Position numbers and translations under genes: made by a program
NCBI RefSeq assembly: GCF_006345805.1
Contig: NC_042998.1
Location: 125,178,001 to 125,242,000, forward strand
Direction: 5' to 3'
Length of the DNA stretch: 64,000 nucleotides
From: Octopus sinensis
Lineage: Eukaryota
The notes under the pieces: generated by a model
Databases searched by the model: none
What the model saw: the letters and a program-made list of their open reading frames with translations, nothing else
What the model was told of the DNA's origin: nothing
Shown: positions 1 through 14,372 of the stretch, piece after piece
How positions within the stretch are numbered: the first letter of the stretch is position 1
How the letters are laid out: every line of letters starts with the position of its first letter

Positions 1-99
1 TGTATGTTATATTTTACATATATATATTTGTATTCTATGATTGTATATATATCAAATTTATATATACTATATAGGTAGATAGATAGATGATATACATAA

Positions 100-131
100 T
101 ATATGTATGACATGTATACATATATATGCGC

Positions 132-203
<72 letters not shown>

Positions 204-302
204 CATACATATATATGCATGTAGAATATAATATATTGAATATATGTTATGTATATGAATTTGTGTGTGTATGTGTGTGCGTGTGTGTGCGCGTGTGTGT
301 GT
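100..302. repeat. (TA)n/(TG)n compound microsatellite
   Basis: Direct inspection. Confidence 0.95.
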
Positions 303-1044
303 ACGCGCCTACAAGGATAAAGCCTTATGTTGGCAGTGAAACTCTTTATTCTTTATACTTCTCTCGAAATCAAAGTATCCTTTGGACAAAAAAATCTCTT
401 AAAATATCTTCATTTAAATAAATCAGTTTGCTAACATATTGACGTCAGAGAAAAATATGAACACTTTTATATGAACTCTAAAAGAAATGAAAACTTCTAA
501 GGTTTCGTCACGCCCCCACCTAATTCGGCTTTATACAAGATATCTAAATATCTGCATGATATCGTCGTGATACCAGCAGTTTTGATTTGTTTTTTATATT
601 TACTTATCAGATATTTCAAGTTGCATATATTGATTTCAAGACCAGTTTTAGCATGGGTGAATGAATGCATAGTTGATTGACTCAACCCAAATATATTAAT
701 GGTACTTATTTTATTTGACTCTGAATAGATTAAAGCATATCCGAGCACAACTGGGTTTGAAATAAGGAAATAAAAATAGAAAATAAATACAAGATTTAAT
801 GCATTTCATCCTGTGCTCTCCGTTTATACTAACCTATATAGTATTGATTTCTAACATTGGAGCAAGGCAGCTACGTATTTGGGAGAAGGACAGTATCTAT
901 TAAATGAGCCAAGCTCTTCACTGGTACTTACTTCATCGACAGCTGCGTGGCTTGAACTCAGAATATTGAAATACAAAGAAAAATAAACAAAATGTATAAT
1001 AGATTTGGTATGCTGCTTTGAAGTGTCTACTAAATATTGTTTTC

Positions 1045-1252
1045 AAATTGTGACACAATGCCAGCAACTTCGAGGGAGGGAGAAGGTCGGTTGCATCGAC
1101 CCCAGTACTAAATGGTACTTATTTTATCGAACCCGAAAGGATGAAAGGCAAAGTCTACCTCGGCGGAATTTGAACTCAGAACGTAATAACGGACGATGTG
1201 CCGCAAAGCATTTTTTCCATGCGGGCTAACGATTCTGCCAGCTCATCGCCTT
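1045..1252 (-). mobile_element. SINE family A copy
   Basis: rc of gcgagctggcagaatcgttagc...gttcaaattccgccgaggtcgactttgcctttcatcctttcggggtcgataaa. Confidence 0.8.
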
Positions 1253-1384
1253 TGATTTCTCTCTTAAGTAGAAACGAATTTTGTAATATACAGATTAAAC
1301 AACTGAACATTTCTGTTCCTTTTCCTGTTCAAAAGACAGTTGTATCGTCACCTTTTTATGTACCTGATGTGTGATACAGTCGGT

Positions 1385-1757
1385 GCTGGCCAAAACAACC
1401 AGCTAACACTCACAATTGGCTTCTCACAGTACATATGTTAAACCATGCATTGTTTATATGCCGTATGAGAGAGGATATCAATGTTTGTCAATCAGCTAGC
1501 AGTACTATAGGAATGTGCGAAGAAGCAGTTTGTTGTAAAACTATGACGCTATATATTACATATTTATTCTACATGGGGTATTGTGCTCTCTTTTATGTTG
1601 TTCCAGTATTACTGAGTTCGTATCTCACTTACTGACACAAGCAGAGTAAATTCCGCTCTCACCTATTGAGTACTGTAAACTAACCAAGAAATACATTTGT
1701 AACTGCAGACCCTCCATTACTAAATCATAATATCAGAAACCACCTGAGACCATTGAT
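1385..1757 (+). repeat. Direct repeat copy 1 (~370 bp; copy 2 at 3084-3478)
   Basis: Long shared blocks such as aaaccatgcattgtttatatgccgtatgagaga and gtaactgcagaccctccattactaaat. Confidence 0.85.
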
Positions 1758-3083
1758 GTGCGATACTGTTGGGGTATATTCTAATAGTCTAGACCGATTA
1801 AGGATCCAGTTTTGTATTAGAGATTTGTATATAGATTTGTATTGCTTGTATGTGCAGTCAAGTGGAGGTTTCTATAGCGATTTGTGATATAGTGATAACT
1901 GAAATGTTAATATGATGCTAAGTTATTATTTCTAACGATGTGGTCACTGAAGTTTATCAATTCTCTACGAATAGTACTGCATTACTGCATTTTTAATGGC
2001 TTCGTTAGAAGTGGGATGGCAGTATACATGACAATTAGCAAAACCTCAGCAATCTATGGGGAAAAGAGAAGAGGTTATCCTCAGGCTGGAAATTAGGTTC
2101 AAATGTTTAGGACAGAATGGGCTCTGCTTAAAGTATGAGACAACCAGGTGGTAGTTTTAAACCAGAAAACGAATTACATTTACCACAAAAGACAATTAAC
2201 AGTCCCTCAGACAGCTTTTCACATACACTCAAAAATCTTTACTTGATTCGAGGCTGTAGTAGCCACTTGCGTTCAAGGTGCAATGCAGTGGAATTGAACT
2301 CGATTCTATCGCATACAACCTTGCCATTATGAATCGAAATTAACCACTCGGTCATATTTATGCCTATTGGTATTGACTGACGCTTACTTTTGTTGTCTTT
2401 TTGTTGGTTATACATAATGGCAAAAACATATAAATAGTGAAATGATCCTTGAAGAAGGAACAAAAAGTATGTATCATATAATATTATGAAAGCTCTTGAA
2501 GCTGGTGTATTAGCAAAATCTTCAGAACGCCAGACAAATTTTATTATGGTTATTTGCGTTCTGCGTTAAATTCCGCCTAAGTCGTCTTTGCCTTTCATCC
2601 TTCCGGAGTCAATAAGATAAATACCAATTGACCAGTGGATCAATCTAATCGATGATGCCCACCTCTCAAAATTAGAGACTTTATGCCTAAGTTACAAATT
2701 ACACCAAAGAAGTAGTATATCTATGATCAATTAAACCATTTGATAGAGGAACTATATACCCAGACGAACTATAAGTGTTCATTGCTAACGACTTCAAGGG
2801 AAGTTGCAGTCAATATCGATAATTTTTAGGTCTAGGAACAGGAAACACTCTTCTTTCTTGTCTCTGTTAGTCTGAACAACTCAAAAAGTATATAATAGAT
2901 CTCGTTTAAGTTGGAATATTGTTGACAGAACTACACCATATCCCACCAGATTAAACCGTTAACTTTGCTTATCTGAAAAGTTCCATATACTAAAATAACT
3001 GGCAATATCTTTTAGTAGTTCTAGCATTCAGTATTCCGTTATATGGAGTTTTATTATCAGTCTTTATACACTTCCCATCAACG

Positions 3084-3478
3084 GTGGCCAAAACAACCAA
3101 CTAACACTCATAATTGACTTCTGAAAGTACTTATGTCAAACCATGCATTGTTTATATGCCGTATGAGAGAGAATATCAATTTTTGTCAATCAGCTAGCAA
3201 TACTATAGGAATGTGCAAAGATAGAATATGAAACACTGAGAAGCGATCCGTTGTTGAAACTATAACGCTATGTATTATATATTTATTCTACATTTGGTAT
3301 TGTACTCTCTTTTATGTTGTTCGACTATTACTGTGTTCGTATCTCACTTACTGACACAAAGTAAAGTAAATTCCGCTCTCACATATTGAGCACCGTCAAC
3401 GAACCAAGAAAGACATATGTAACTGCAGACCCTCCATTACTAAATGATAATATCAGAAACCACGTGAGAGCATTGATT
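3084..3478 (+). repeat. Direct repeat copy 2
   Basis: Collinear with 1385-1757, with an extra ~20 nt near 3220. Confidence 0.85.
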
Positions 3479-3634
3479 TGTTCAGTCAGCCAAAACCATC
3501 GAATGATTGTCCTATAAAATATGGGCTTGAAACTCTGCGTAATGTATGTACTATAAGCAGAAGCTGTAACACAGCACATTGAATATTGACTTTAGGATGT
3601 GGAAGCCTGTTTTACTTTGTACATGCTTTGCTGT

Positions 3635-3635
3635 A

Positions 3636-3666
<31 letters not shown>

Positions 3667-3744
3667 TATATATACATTCATACTTATACATATGCACGCA
3701 CATACATGCAAACATACATACATACATGTGTGTGTGTGTGTGTG

Positions 3745-3792
<48 letters not shown>
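3635..3792. repeat. (TA)/(ATAC)/(TG) compound microsatellite
   Basis: Direct inspection. Confidence 0.95.
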
Positions 3793-3795
<3 letters not shown>

Positions 3796-3963
3796 CAGTT
3801 TATTGAAGACACAACGTTAGAATCCCGTAGAAGATGCATACATTTTTTTTGTCATCTATATTAGAAGTGTATATCAAGCCAAACGTTAATACTGCGGGGA
3901 CTGAGATCCCTGTTCACAGTCCGCTGATGTATGTAATCTTTGCTAATTAGATTAATTTGGACA

Positions 3964-4138
3964 GGCGTAGGAGTGGCTGTGTGGTAAGTAGCTTGCTTAC
4001 CAACCTCATGGTTCCAGATTCAGTCCAACTGCGTGGCACCTTGGGCAAGTGTCTCCTACTATAGCCTCGGACCGACCAAAGCCTTGTGAGTGGATTTGGT
4101 AGACGGAAACTGAAGAAAGCCTGTCGTATATGTGTATA

Positions 4139-4200
<62 letters not shown>

Positions 4201-4424
4201 GTTTGTGTGTTTGTGTGTTTGTGTGTCTGTGTTTGTCCCCAACATCGCTTGACAACCGATGCTGGTGTGTTTACGTCGCCGTAACTTAACGATTCGGCAA
4301 AAGAGACCGATATAATAAGTACTAGGCTTACAAAGAATAAGTCCTGGGGTCGATTTGCCCGACTGAAGATGGTGCTCCACCATGGTCGCAGTCAAATGAC
4401 TGAAACGAGTAAAAGAGTAAAAGA
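3964..4424 (+). mobile_element. SINE family B (CORE-like, internal TA/TG microsatellite)
   Basis: ggcgtaggagtggctgtgtggtaag head; ggcaccttgggcaagtgt CORE-like motif; tail aagagtaaaagag. Confidence 0.8.
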
Positions 4425-5649
4425 GGCGCTGTTGTGATGTCACTATTGTGTAGTGGTTAGTGTAAGTATACGATTTAGTGCAGACGCTGCGTTCGATACA
4501 ACTTCTTCCCGCCTCCGTGTATATGGTTTCTGTGCAGTTGTGTGGATTCCCTGTTGACTTCTTTGAGGAAAGCTTCAGTTCTTCGATTAATGGAGAGTCC
4601 TGTTTATTGAATTGTAGTGTAAGTGGATGCGAATTCCACATACACATGAACACTTTATACTACGCTAGCTCAAATTCAACGTAACACAATGTAACAAGGT
4701 TGGTCTTTGAAAATACATGTGGTAGGCTTCCACACAGTTTCCGTCAACCCAAGTTCATTCACATGACATATATCCAGGAGCCACATATTGGGATCGAATC
4801 CACAATTTCATGATTAAGAATCATCTATAAAGATAGAGAGAAGGGGAGGGAGGGAGAAAGGGATGGGGGAGATACGTTTGTATTATGAATACATTTATGA
4901 ACAGATTTATGAATAGATAGGGGTGGGTGGGAGTTACATAATAAATGCATGACTTGATGTTCACATCCTTTTGAATTCAAAGTCAATAATATAATTCGTG
5001 TGTGTGTACATGCATAAACGCATTCACACGTGTGCATGTGTGCATGCATGCAAATATGTGTTTATATTTATATATATATATGTATGTATGTATGCATGCA
5101 TGCATGTATGTATTATGTTGTGAAACTCGCATTGCTATTGAAAGTAGATTGCAATTGGGTCTGTTTCCTCAAAATTGTCCGCAAAGGAAATTGGAGAGAA
5201 TGTTTAAGAACTTATATCTTGGCAATGAAACACGTGATCAATAGTGAGACTTTCTGTTATTAATAAATCTTTTTAAAACTTCACAACCATACAGTTTCCA
5301 ATAATGCCATAATTTCTTGTAAAAGTATTCACATATTAGCCGTAAAATACATATTTATTGATAGCTATATTGCCGTGCATGTTTGTAAATGTGGCTCAGT
5401 GAACACGTGCATTTATTTTCAACTGTGCATTTTCTTTTTATATGGGAATGCATGATAGAGTGGGTGAGAGTGAGAGGTTTAACGAATTAAATTTATAGAT
5501 ATATTCAGCGAGGTGCATGGATTACACACATGGTGATATATGTATGTGTGTTTGTGTATGTGTATATCTATGATATTAATGTTTGTTTCTTTGTGAAGTT
5601 ATTTATCATTAATCTCAATACCTTTGAATAGAAGAGTACATATTAATTT

Positions 5650-6150
5650 TAACAAGGAAACTTTTAACAGTGACTTCGAAGATTTAGCTTACCAACCGAT
5701 ATCATACTGAGGTTTACTTTGGTTTATCTGGCTATCTGTGGGTTTTTTGGGCAGAGAGCTCTTTTGGTAGGTGGATAATGGGAATGAGGATTAGATATGA
5801 TGTAGATAGATAGAAGTGATTGTGTTAGAAGAGGGTAACAGAAAATGACAGGAGTAAAATATTTGTTGGTGAGGTGTGGGTTAAGAGAAAAGGAAGTTGG
5901 AGACTGTTACTCTGGTTTGATAGAGAAATATCGTTATTGTTTAGAGTTCAGTCAGGCGTTTATGTAAAGGAATAAACAGAAGTATCATAATTAAGTCATA
6001 ATCTGTGTTGGTTAAAGTTTTTCTTGTGACTAGAATTTTGGTATGTATGGTTTCGTGCTATTTCAGACCTCACAAAAGAATGCTTATAGATAATACCGGT
6101 AGAATTTGCCACACATAATAGGCCAGATAGAGGTCGGAATTAGAGTTGGT
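5650..6150 (-). mobile_element. Possible highly decayed LINE RT C-terminal fragment
   Basis: Only a YKHSFVRSE-like motif (cf. LYKxFVRS) and LINE-like composition. Confidence 0.3.
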
Positions 6151-6339
6151 GCTACTAGCTTTCTTTTAAGAAATTTGAAACTCTGCATACATTTCAATAT
6201 TTTGGATTGAACAGTTTGCTACTATCAAAATGTTATTGGCGTATTTAAATATTTTTCTAGCATGGCTATTCATAATCATGTATATGTAGATAAATGTACG
6301 CATGCAACAATATTTCAGTACTTATATAACGAGATTAAA

Positions 6340-7520
6340 GCATATAGACGCACCAGAGACTCCAAGCCTAGTCAGGGCATTATAGGATGGTTGCCGACAA
6401 ATCCCTGGCAGCCTACATCAAGTGAGTGGTAGTGCACCCGCCATTTTAATTTTTGCTCTGTTTTACCACCTCCTGGTACTTCGCAAGGTTTTTCCTATGA
6501 GCCTCCTGTGTGCTCTTCCCAGGGTACAGTCAGTCCCCAAATTGGTTAGAAATGGAGAATGTAGGCCATATGAGATAAGGATTTTAAAGTAATCTAATGT
6601 TTACTTTTTACCAAACAGGATCGTATTAGAATTCTTTTTAGTTCCTATTGTCATTGCCCTTAGGGCTCCAATTCTCATTTACGAAGAAATTAATAACTGT
6701 TTCATGATAACAGACTAATTTACAACAAACCTCATTGGTCCAACCTCTTGGCCACGATTTTAGCATAGAAATTAATATTCTCAGCACTCCCAGTCATTCA
6801 CTATATACAGTAGGCATCGTTTGCATGCTATGCTTGGTACAGCTGTTTCAGGCCACAATATTCTACTACCTATCGTGATACGTTCTATCCTCTCGCAGTC
6901 CAAATTGAATGCACGTTCTCTGAAGCATTTGGTTGAGCTTCCATGTGCACATGCCTTGTGTTAGCACTAATTTGTATGGGCTCAGGATGTTTCACTAATT
7001 GCTTTCTATCGTAGGTGGGGTACGAAATACTTAAGTTCGTATTCGAGGGCAAGAGGTCTTATACAGGTTTGAGAATGAAGCTGATCCTAAGAGAGTCATA
7101 TGTCACACTTCATTCCAGCATTGAGCTCTTTGAGGTGTCCTTCCTTATGTCGTCCACTGTCCTTGTTGGTTCTACAGTCTGGATATGTTGGCATCCTCTC
7201 CTTTCCTTATTTCCTATCTTTCAATTCTTCTATTGGTTTTCATTTTGCCATTCAAACCAGTAGCCTATTTTTGTGTTATTTCTTTAGTTTTGTGGCTTTC
7301 TTATGCCGTTCGACTGCTTTCCGGGTGTTCCACTTTCTACTAGTTTTCAGTTTGAGATCTAGTGATCTTAAACGTTGGCTCCCGAGTTTTCAAACATGCT
7401 TAAGATTGCAGGCTGTACCAGACCGTGAAATTCAAGTGGTACTTTGAATATATCTTCGTAAGATGGTCTTAAATGCCTTTTTTATCAATTATAAACGTTT
7501 TAGTGTTTGAATGTTCCCTA
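6340..7520 (-). mobile_element. Degenerate C-terminal fragment of an RLE-type non-LTR retrotransposon, HERO-like
   Basis: Minus-strand frames give RKWNTRKAVE, LRISFILKPV*DLLPSNTN, LTVPWEE, QEAHRKNLAKYQ, VGCQGFV, matching recalled HERO/NeSL-group motifs. Confidence 0.6.
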
Positions 7521-8283
7521 GCAAAGAGGAAGATATTTCTGAAGAAGCTATTTTGGGTCTTTTTTGTTCCCTCTTCTTTTCACAGTTTCTACTTTCATGG
7601 AGGCAGACTACTTTGCTTTCAGGGCTACCTAGAACTTCTAACCTCATATGTTCCTTGAGATTTTTTGCTCCTTCTGATGTTTATCTCTGTCTCACTGAAG
7701 TATAGATTTCTGAGGAAGTGTTTTACTTTTGGCACTTATAATCGCTACAAGTTTCATATACAGCTAAAGTGTCAAGTTTGTGTTCCAGTGCACTTTACCT
7801 TCTCACCCTGTGAACTATTTCTGTTGAAAGATTAAGACAGTGTAAGTAAAATACTAAGTGTTGTTAAGTAAAAAAATTTAAATATAAAAAAAAAAAACAG
7901 AAGTATTCTTACAGTAAGAAATTGTTATTGTTAAGAAAATAGATACTCATATGCCTGACGATATACAAAATGGTGTTATACAAATGAAAAATGTATCTAC
8001 GGAGCGTTCTGACACTTGATAAATATGTGAAACTCAAAAGTGAAAATCATGGGATATTCGTTATGAGGAATCGTTGCTAAATAATTATGTTAAGATGGAA
8101 TTATGAGTTTATGAAAATTGGTAGTTTCTATTGAATTAGATTAAAATGAATTACCGAAAATAAAGTCTCCATGTAATAAGTAACTAAGGTATCTAAAGTC
8201 GTGTGATTTATAAATATGAAAATATCCAGATGAAACAAATTCATTTGAAAATTGAAATACACATGTACCTATTTTATTATTAT

Positions 8284-8500
8284 CAAGGCTTCGAGCCGGC
8301 AAAATCGTTAGCATGCTTGGAAAAAAATAGTTAGTGGCATTTCGTCCGTCTTTATGTTCTGATTTCCAGTCCCACCAAGGTCGACTTTGCTTTTCATCCT
8401 TTCGGGGTCGATAAAGTAATTGCCAGTAAAATGCTGAGGTCGATGTAATCGATTGTTCCCCTCCACCTAAAATTGCTGGCCTTGTGCCAAAATTTGAAAC
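8284..8500 (+). mobile_element. SINE family A copy
   Basis: Same consensus as 14373-14605. Confidence 0.78.
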
Positions 8501-11194
8501 AAAAAAATTTATTTATGATAATTTTATCTGTTATTCCACTATTCAAGGGAATCGAGTTTCCTGACAATGCACTTATCAGTTTGGTGAAGATTCGTTTATT
8601 TTGAAATATTATGAATCGGTAGAACATCGAACGAAATGAGTTTAGAGTTCAAATTCTTCTAAGGCCAGCATTATCTTTCAGTCTTACAGGGTTGATCAAA
8701 TAAAGTAGCAGTTAAGTTTGAGATCAATATAATCGAATATATATTTCGCTCAAAATGTGTAGACTTGTATTAGAGTTAGATAAATCATATACAGTTGTGT
8801 CTGGGGAGAGTCATTCTCTTTTAGTGCCTTATAATTTAACACACTCACTGGTAAAATTTCCACTTATTTCCTTCTTTATTTTCCTAAAATTTTCGTTGCG
8901 TCTTGCAACCTTTTCAATAGTTGGGGAAGAACGGTCTCCGTCAACATAACTGCCAGAGCTTGACTACATGGAAATGAAGCGTTCCATTGTGACCTTGTGG
9001 CTCAAAGGGATTAAGTGATTCACTGAAATTGTTATGCATGTGAAACTACAAAAATCCAATTCATATTTCACTGCTGGCGATTGGAATGCAGATAATTGTC
9101 TCGTATGCTGAGGCTTAGGGCTGGTTCCGATTTACAGATATGATCAATTCAGCTTCCATCCGTAGCTAATGCATGTGCATCAAAACATTTGGTTTTGCCT
9201 TCCTCAGAAACACAAGCCCTTGTATTCAGTGTAAGAAATAAGGTTATCTTGAAGAGATGGTTTAAAAAAAAGTTATACACTTAACTCACACGAGTTCACC
9301 GAAAAAAAAAAGATATAAATTTTTTATGGAGTCTTCTCACAGACACAAAAAAAGGAAAAGTTAGATCTTCACCTGACTATAATGTGTGATGAAAGAAATT
9401 GTTGGTAATCGGTTTTTTTTTTGGTTTTTTTTCGTTTTTTGCATGCTATAAAACCAAATATTTGAGGCGAATATTCGTTAGAAACCTATTTTCATATAGT
9501 TATCTGCTACAAACGAAAAAAGAAAATAGAAAACATTTATATCAAGAATAAATTTCACTTATCCTGCTGCTTTCTCTTTTCTTTTTTTCTTTTTGGTTGA
9601 TTCACAGGGTTGACTTGTATTTTTCACATTTTCAATTTGTTCATGTTTTATTTTTTTATATAGCACGTGATAAAGAAATAAAAAAAAACAGTAGGGAATT
9701 ACTATTTCTCGGAAAACCTCATTTTGTCGAGTCGACTGAATAATTTCCGTTCCTATGGGTATTCTAAATATTTCGTCTTATTTTTGGGGTTTGTTTTTTT
9801 TTTTACTTTTTTTTCACAATTTCATAGAGGCGTGATGGAATTGAATTTCCGTTGCCCAAAGTGCAAATCTGAAATGAGCAGTTCTCTTTGTTTCGCCAAT
9901 AAAACAATTGCTTCAAGCAGCATTCCTTCAACTGAGATAATTTGAATGTGAATTATATGGAAAAATCTGTTAATGTTCTCTTCTGGATCAATACAAATAT
10001 ATAGATATTATTTACGATATATATGTGCGCGTGTATATGTATGTGTATGTTCACTTGTATCTGTTTATATCTGTTTATATCTAATACATACATGCATATT
10101 CTATACATATATTAGTTTACTGTTCTGTTAAGGTAAGATGAAATAATCTATCTAGTGAGAGATAAATATCGTTTAATGTACACAGTATAAACATACAAGC
10201 TTCTACTAGTTTCTTGCATTGGAGATGCAGATCTAGGCAGATTTCTATAACCGGCCTTGTGTTTCCAAGTAATCTTCGGGCTCTGAGCACATGATATTTT
10301 TAATTTACGAAACAGGACGCAGATATAAGAGAAATCATGAGATAAAAAAACCATACATGGTGAACCAACTTTGTAACTTACTTTTGTCGGTGTGCCAGAA
10401 AGAAGATAGGTGGTTTGTGTAACGTCTTTTGAAATCGCCGTCTCATAACCAGATGTAATTTTTCTTTTCGGTTGTTATTTTGAAGCGTTGCTGTAACTTC
10501 TGCCTCATATACGACGGAGTTTATCATTTAGGCCTCGTCAGGTGAGCAAGCTTCAAGGTCTGAACAGTTACAACTGAGAGTGGGCTGTTGGTAATAACTT
10601 TGAGTGATAATAAACTTCATATTGGTGCAGCAACTGTATGATAATTAAATCGAGTGTCTATTAAAAATCTTCCTGTAGTTGTGGCTTGTTGGAAAATGCT
10701 TATCTAAAAGACACAGGAATTTCTTACCTACGTTGGTTTTCACATTTAGGAAGAAAGGGGAAGGGCTGAACCATATTACTTTCATAGGGCTATTTCTAGA
10801 TCAAATTTTATGATTCATAATTTTAATTGTAGGGTTGTAATATATCTTATCCATGGAGCCACTGTTAGCTAGGGCATTGTTATTGTATGGGCTGCCTTAA
10901 CTATTTCTTTAGACGAAGAGAGATTAGATATCCTATTATCAATGTTAGCTATCAGGTTTTTAAACACTATATGGGTGACAGGACTGTTTGCATATGTAGA
11001 AGAGTTTCCCGTTTGGCTTACGGTACAGTTTATAAGAGCGGGAGTTTAGATCTAGCGAAACATCTAAAATTCAACTCTTGACAGATTAGTAGTAACAGTG
11101 ATTTTGAGGCCTAATTGACTAAAAGTTTCAATGATTTTATTTTCTTAAATATATCGAGAGTATAACGACCACATCCACGACACATTCTCAACCC

Positions 11195-11751
11195 AAGATT
11201 TTCGGATGTAGAAAGCATTGTGCTTATTGACTATCTTGAAAAGAGCTATACCATCACTGGAGAGTAGTATACCAATTTGCTCAAGCACTTACAAAAATCT
11301 ATGAAGTACCAAACGGCCAGGAAAACTGATGGAAGGGGCCTTGTTTCATCAACACAAGGCTCCAGCACACAAGTCCTTGGTTTCAATGGCTGCTGTGAGT
11401 GATTGTAGCTTTCAACTGATTGCTCACCCTGTCTATTGTCCTGATTTGGGCCCATATGACTATCATCTGTTCCCCAATACAAAAGACACTCCCTGGAGAT
11501 GAAACGACGTTAGCCTTTTTGGGGAGCAGATAAAGAGGGATGTTTCCACTGAAGAGATAGTCAACGTGATGAACCCAACATTAATCCTGAGTCAGGAAAC
11601 GTTCAACGAAACCATTTACGTATACATCAAACAATGTCTGATTTTCTCGTGATGTGATCAGCCTGGTGTACTTTTGATCAGGTATCACAAGATAAAGCAC
11701 CTACCGAGCAAAAACCTTCGTCATGCCAAATTCATTGTGCAGAATATTTTC

Positions 11752-11821
<70 letters not shown>

Positions 11822-12251
11822 TTCTATATATATATATATATTGCATGTCATCAATCACCATGTGGTGAATATGATCAATATTTCCTTCGGTAGCAATAGT
11901 TGCTGGACATCCAGACATTGGATCATCTTCTAGACACTCTCTTCACCTCCTAAATTCAGCTGACCGCTTTTGCACTATTGATAAAGCTGAAGCCTCATCT
12001 TCCAATGTAGCAACTATGACGGTATGAATGTTCTTGGGAGTTAAACCTTTTCCTGAAGGAACTTAGTAACACCACGATACTAAATTGTGTTCATTTCCAA
12101 GAGAAGTGCTTCTAGTTGAAGTTTCCTTTGAACAGCCAGATGTCAGTTTATCTGACAAAAACAATCAGTGTTGAAATTGATGCATGCAAAATTTCACAGC
12201 TCTCGCATCACTCCTTCATAGTCAACCTACGAACTTTTCAGCTCACCCTCG
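11195..12251 (-). mobile_element. Mariner transposon relic with inverted C-terminal segment
   Basis: Left TIR (rc cgagggtgagctgaaaagttc) ends at 12251 next to TA. N-terminal part is on minus (11490-12230; MSGCPATIAT, GMTKVFAR). C-terminal part is on plus (11195-11490; HPVYCPDLGPYDYHLFP). Interrupted by (CT)n/(TA)n. Confidence 0.8.
11754..11840. repeat. (CT)n + (TA)n microsatellite
   Basis: Direct inspection. Confidence 0.95.
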
Positions 12252-12273
12252 TATGTATATGTATACAGAAGCA

Positions 12274-12445
12274 CACATACATACATACATACATACATAC
12301 ATACATACATACATACATACATACATACATACATAGACACATACATACATACATACATAATACATACATACATACATACATACATACTACATACATACAT
12401 ACACACATACATACATACATATACTGTACATACGTGTGTGTTTGT
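12274..12445. repeat. (ATAC)n microsatellite
   Basis: Direct inspection. Confidence 0.95.
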
Positions 12446-13604
12446 GCGCGTGCGTTCATCCGCATTAATATAGTTCTCCCAAATGTAATATACCTTCCTA
12501 TGCCTACACTTCAAAAATATTTTGTCGACGCCATTTTCTTTCTTTTTTGCAATCAAATCTATGTCCCTGAATTTTGTGTATATGCATCAAAGTGATTGGA
12601 ACTTGTATTGATAGCGGTAGATAAAAAGAGAGATAAAAAAGAATAACTTAAACGTCATGATATTGCTAAACTTCAGTAAAAAAAAAAAAAAATTGTTTCA
12701 TATATTTTCCGCGATTCCTTAGTAGGAGCATGGGGTCACTTTAATTTAACAATAGAAAAAAGTGTCTAAAGAAAACTTTGTGATCACTTCCATTAAATCT
12801 CCGATCTTTTAGCTATTCTGTACAAAAATCACGAGCGCATTGATATATATATTCTCGGTAACAAATTTCTCAAGTGTGTACGTGCAAGAATGTTTTGAAA
12901 TAATATGAATGTTTTGTATTTCTTCTTTGATCATTCATGTCATTGAAATATGTCGAGGAAAATCTTAGGTTACGATTAAAATAGTCACAAGTTGCATTAC
13001 TCTTCACAAAATTTCTAAAGTTTAGTTACTTCTTGGATCGACCTTTTCAATTTTCTGACAGTACATTAAATTCCTTCGGTGACATGATTTTATCGAAGAA
13101 ATTCGATATTCCCGTTGTTCAGCAAAGTCGAGAGCCTGAACAGTAAATATCGTTTGATTAAATGCAGTTTTAGCAATACTGGGATGCATAACTGAAAGGA
13201 CCATGGCAGATTTTAGATGGTATATATGCGCTATGGTATAGAAATATGGGATATCACCAAACAATGACGAGTAAATCACAGAACAAATGAAATAGGAGCC
13301 AACGATGACCCTGATGTGCTCTATATTGAAGCTTGTTGAGGATGAGTGATACTGAAGTATTTTCTGTAATAATTTCTAATAATACACTAATAATACTATA
13401 AGTTTTCCACTGAAGGAAACATAATAATAGCATTGCCATAAATTAAGTAATGATGACTTCTTGTATTGGCAAAAGGCTACACATTTGATGAGGAATGTTA
13501 TTGCTGATTATACCACAGTTACTTATTTTAATGGCTCTAGCTATTGAAAGGTAAATTTAAACTGAACGCGATTTAAAGTTACAATAAGGATTCGAAATTT
13601 ACAT

Positions 13605-13691
13605 AGACACATACATACATACATACATACATACATACATACATACATACATACATACTACATACATACATACATACGTGTGTGTGTGTGT
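13605..13691. repeat. (ATAC)n/(TG)n microsatellite
   Basis: Direct inspection. Confidence 0.95.
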
Positions 13692-14372
13692 GAGGTCAGT
13701 TGTAACGTCTTTCACATATGCTACTGTTAACATGGAATTCAGTACAACCTGTTGCATGGTCAAGTCGTTGGCGACTAAACCGGCATCTCCACTAGGCTTG
13801 CCAGGTGAGGAGGGTTGCTACAAAGCCTGCAGGATTAAGAACAAGACCTGTCAAAAGGAGTATGACAATAGTGTAGGCTCAATAACTATCCAGCAGTAGC
13901 ACAGGAATTCCGGCATGCTGGAAGACCACTAGAAGTGAGCACTCCTTGGCTTCAGTTAAAACTTGTCTCTAAAAGGTTACTCTGATATAAAACCAGATAT
14001 GCAGGGAACAGCATTGAATGTTTGGAGGGATCATTTGCAGGCACTTGATATCATGGCGCTTCTACATTTCTGAAACTGCGATCCATACTGGTACTAGATA
14101 TCTTGCACTGGCTTGTCTCTGGGTCTTGTTAGCAGAGTGGAGAGGGTCTATGGTGTTCAGTGCAAACTTTATTGAATCTAAAATGTTAGGTCTTGCAATC
14201 GACTGCGAGGTGACTATCGGATGCCCGATCGTGTAGAAGGGCACTGCTGGGAGCATAGAAGCCGCAGATGCGAACCCGAGTAAAGCCGACTGCTCTTGCA
14301 ATAACCTCATACACAGGTATTGCTGGCACTTCGTAATGGTTTCTTATACTGGTATATACATACGTACATATG

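Noticed and set aside
10380-10548. Possible 5' exon ending in CAG|GTGAGC at 10542
   Set aside because: Donor-like motif only; no supporting ORF, promoter or transcript evidence.
14000-14330. GC-richer segment with overlapping ORFs 14018-14236 and 14062-14310
   Set aside because: No recognisable motif or splice context; probably a decayed TE fragment that I cannot classify.
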